The notes under the pieces: model-generated
What the model was told of the DNA's origin: nothing
Databases searched by the model: none
The model's input: only the letters and a program-made list of their open reading frames with translations
Assembly (NCBI GenBank): GCA_021613535.1
Contig: CP075495.1
Coordinates: forward strand, 10,974,001-11,038,000
Direction of reading: 5' to 3'
Source of the DNA: Adineta vaga
Lineage: Eukaryota; Animalia; Rotifera
Length of the DNA: 64,000 nt
Translations under genes and position numbers: made by a program
Shown: one piece after another, positions 62,725 to 64,000 of the stretch
Layout of the letters: each line of letters opens with the position of its first letter
Position numbering within the stretch: the stretch's first letter is position 1

Positions 62725-64000
62725 ATGGATTGTATTGTGGTTTCAGACGACGAGAATGATGAATTCGATGACCTCGAACTCATCACTGCTGCCGAGCAAT
62801 TCGATTCGGAGAATAAGTAGGGATGAAATGTAAATTTTCTTTAGTTTTCTTTCATTTCTTTTCGTCTCTTTAGTGCATCAAATAATAAAACTGATGAAGA
62901 TAACGAATTACTTACGATTGAATTAGAAATCTCGCAAATCGATGAAGAAATTTCTCGTCTTCGTCAAAAACGTTTACAATTAATTGTTCGACAACAAACA
63001 TTAAAAGATAAAATTCAATTAAATCAACGATCAACATTAGACACGAATCTTGTCGAACAATGGCAACGAACCGGTAAAGACATTCAAAGAAAATGTTCGA
63101 CTTTTATATACCTATCATATAATTCTTTAGATTTTCCTTGGAGTTCAAAAGTCGAAGAAGTTCGAACAACAATCTTCAAAATTTCATCATTTCGACAATG
63201 GCAACTTGAAACTATCAATGTCACTTTATCAAACCGTGATTGTATTCTAATCATGCCAACTGGTGGTGGTAAATCATTATGTTATCAATTACCAGCCATC
63301 ATATCAGATGGTAAATAGACAAAGACATTTCCATTTCTCTCAGATTTCGAATTATTTTTAGGCATAACTATTGTTGTTTCACCCTTGATATCTCTTGTTG
63401 AAGATCAGGTATATGCATTGAAAAATCTAAATATTGATGCACGTTCATTGAATACATCAACACCACGTGAGGAACAAACAGAAATTATGCATATACTTGA
63501 TGGAAAAAAGACGACTGATTCCACATTGAAGATACTTTATTTAACACCGGGTAAGAAAGAAGATGATGATTTAAATGAAGATAGAATATAACATGATTGT
63601 TGTAGAGAAAATTGCTAAAAGTAAAACGATCATGGCGAAATTACAGAAACTTTATGAAACCAATCGATTTGCTAGATTAATTGTCGATGAAGTACATTGT
63701 GTTTCACAATTTGGACATGATTTTCGTCCAGGTTTGAATTCTTATTCGATTGAAATTTGCATAATAATTCTTTTTCTTTTTATAAATACAATTTTTAGAT
63801 TATAAATATCTATCCATATTCAAACGGCAATTTCCTAATGTATCTATCTTAGGTTTAACTGCAACAGCAACAACTAAAGTTATCAATGATGTTCAACAAA
63901 TATTAAACATCTCGAATTGTATATTATTTCGTGCGCCATTCAATCGAAAGAATCTTTTCTATGAAGTTTTACATAAATCTGATGTTAGTAAAGATGCCTT
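62725..64000 (+). CDS. RECQL: RecQ1 DNA helicase (5' part, runs off the window)
   Basis: N-terminal coiled coil, [55 protein letters not shown] and [10 protein letters not shown]. Confidence 0.95.

Overview
Eukaryotic, very AT-rich, gene-dense animal DNA with many ~50-60 nt GT-AG introns. Gene style and content suggest a bdelloid rotifer (Adineta/Rotaria-like), but this is inferred and not proven. About 20 protein-coding genes were reconstructed by hand: a rhodopsin-like GPCR; a large multi-isoform Xin-like-repeat/LIM protein; an intronless non-metazoan-like (RgpF-like) gene; MUL1; an M17 aminopeptidase; Ras; TMEM230; a ZDHHC; a small Cys-rich protein; calcyphosin-2; LAMTOR1; a UAS-only FAF1 paralogue next to full FAF1; Dishevelled; EXOSC6; ERI1; an unknown Ser-rich protein; SLC20/PiT; Ku80; a TMEM26-like gene; a CatSper2-like channel; and the 5' part of RECQL. 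The most notable points are: (1) an intact CatSper2-like sperm-channel subunit in what appears to be a male-less lineage, (2) two horizontal-transfer candidates, (3) operon-like tight co-oriented gene runs with splice acceptors next to start codons, (4) Xin-like repeats in a non-chordate-looking genome, and (5) four single frameshifts that may be assembly indels. No rRNA, tRNA, CRISPR or transposase gene was recognised. All coordinates and exon models were derived by eye and may be off by a few bases.
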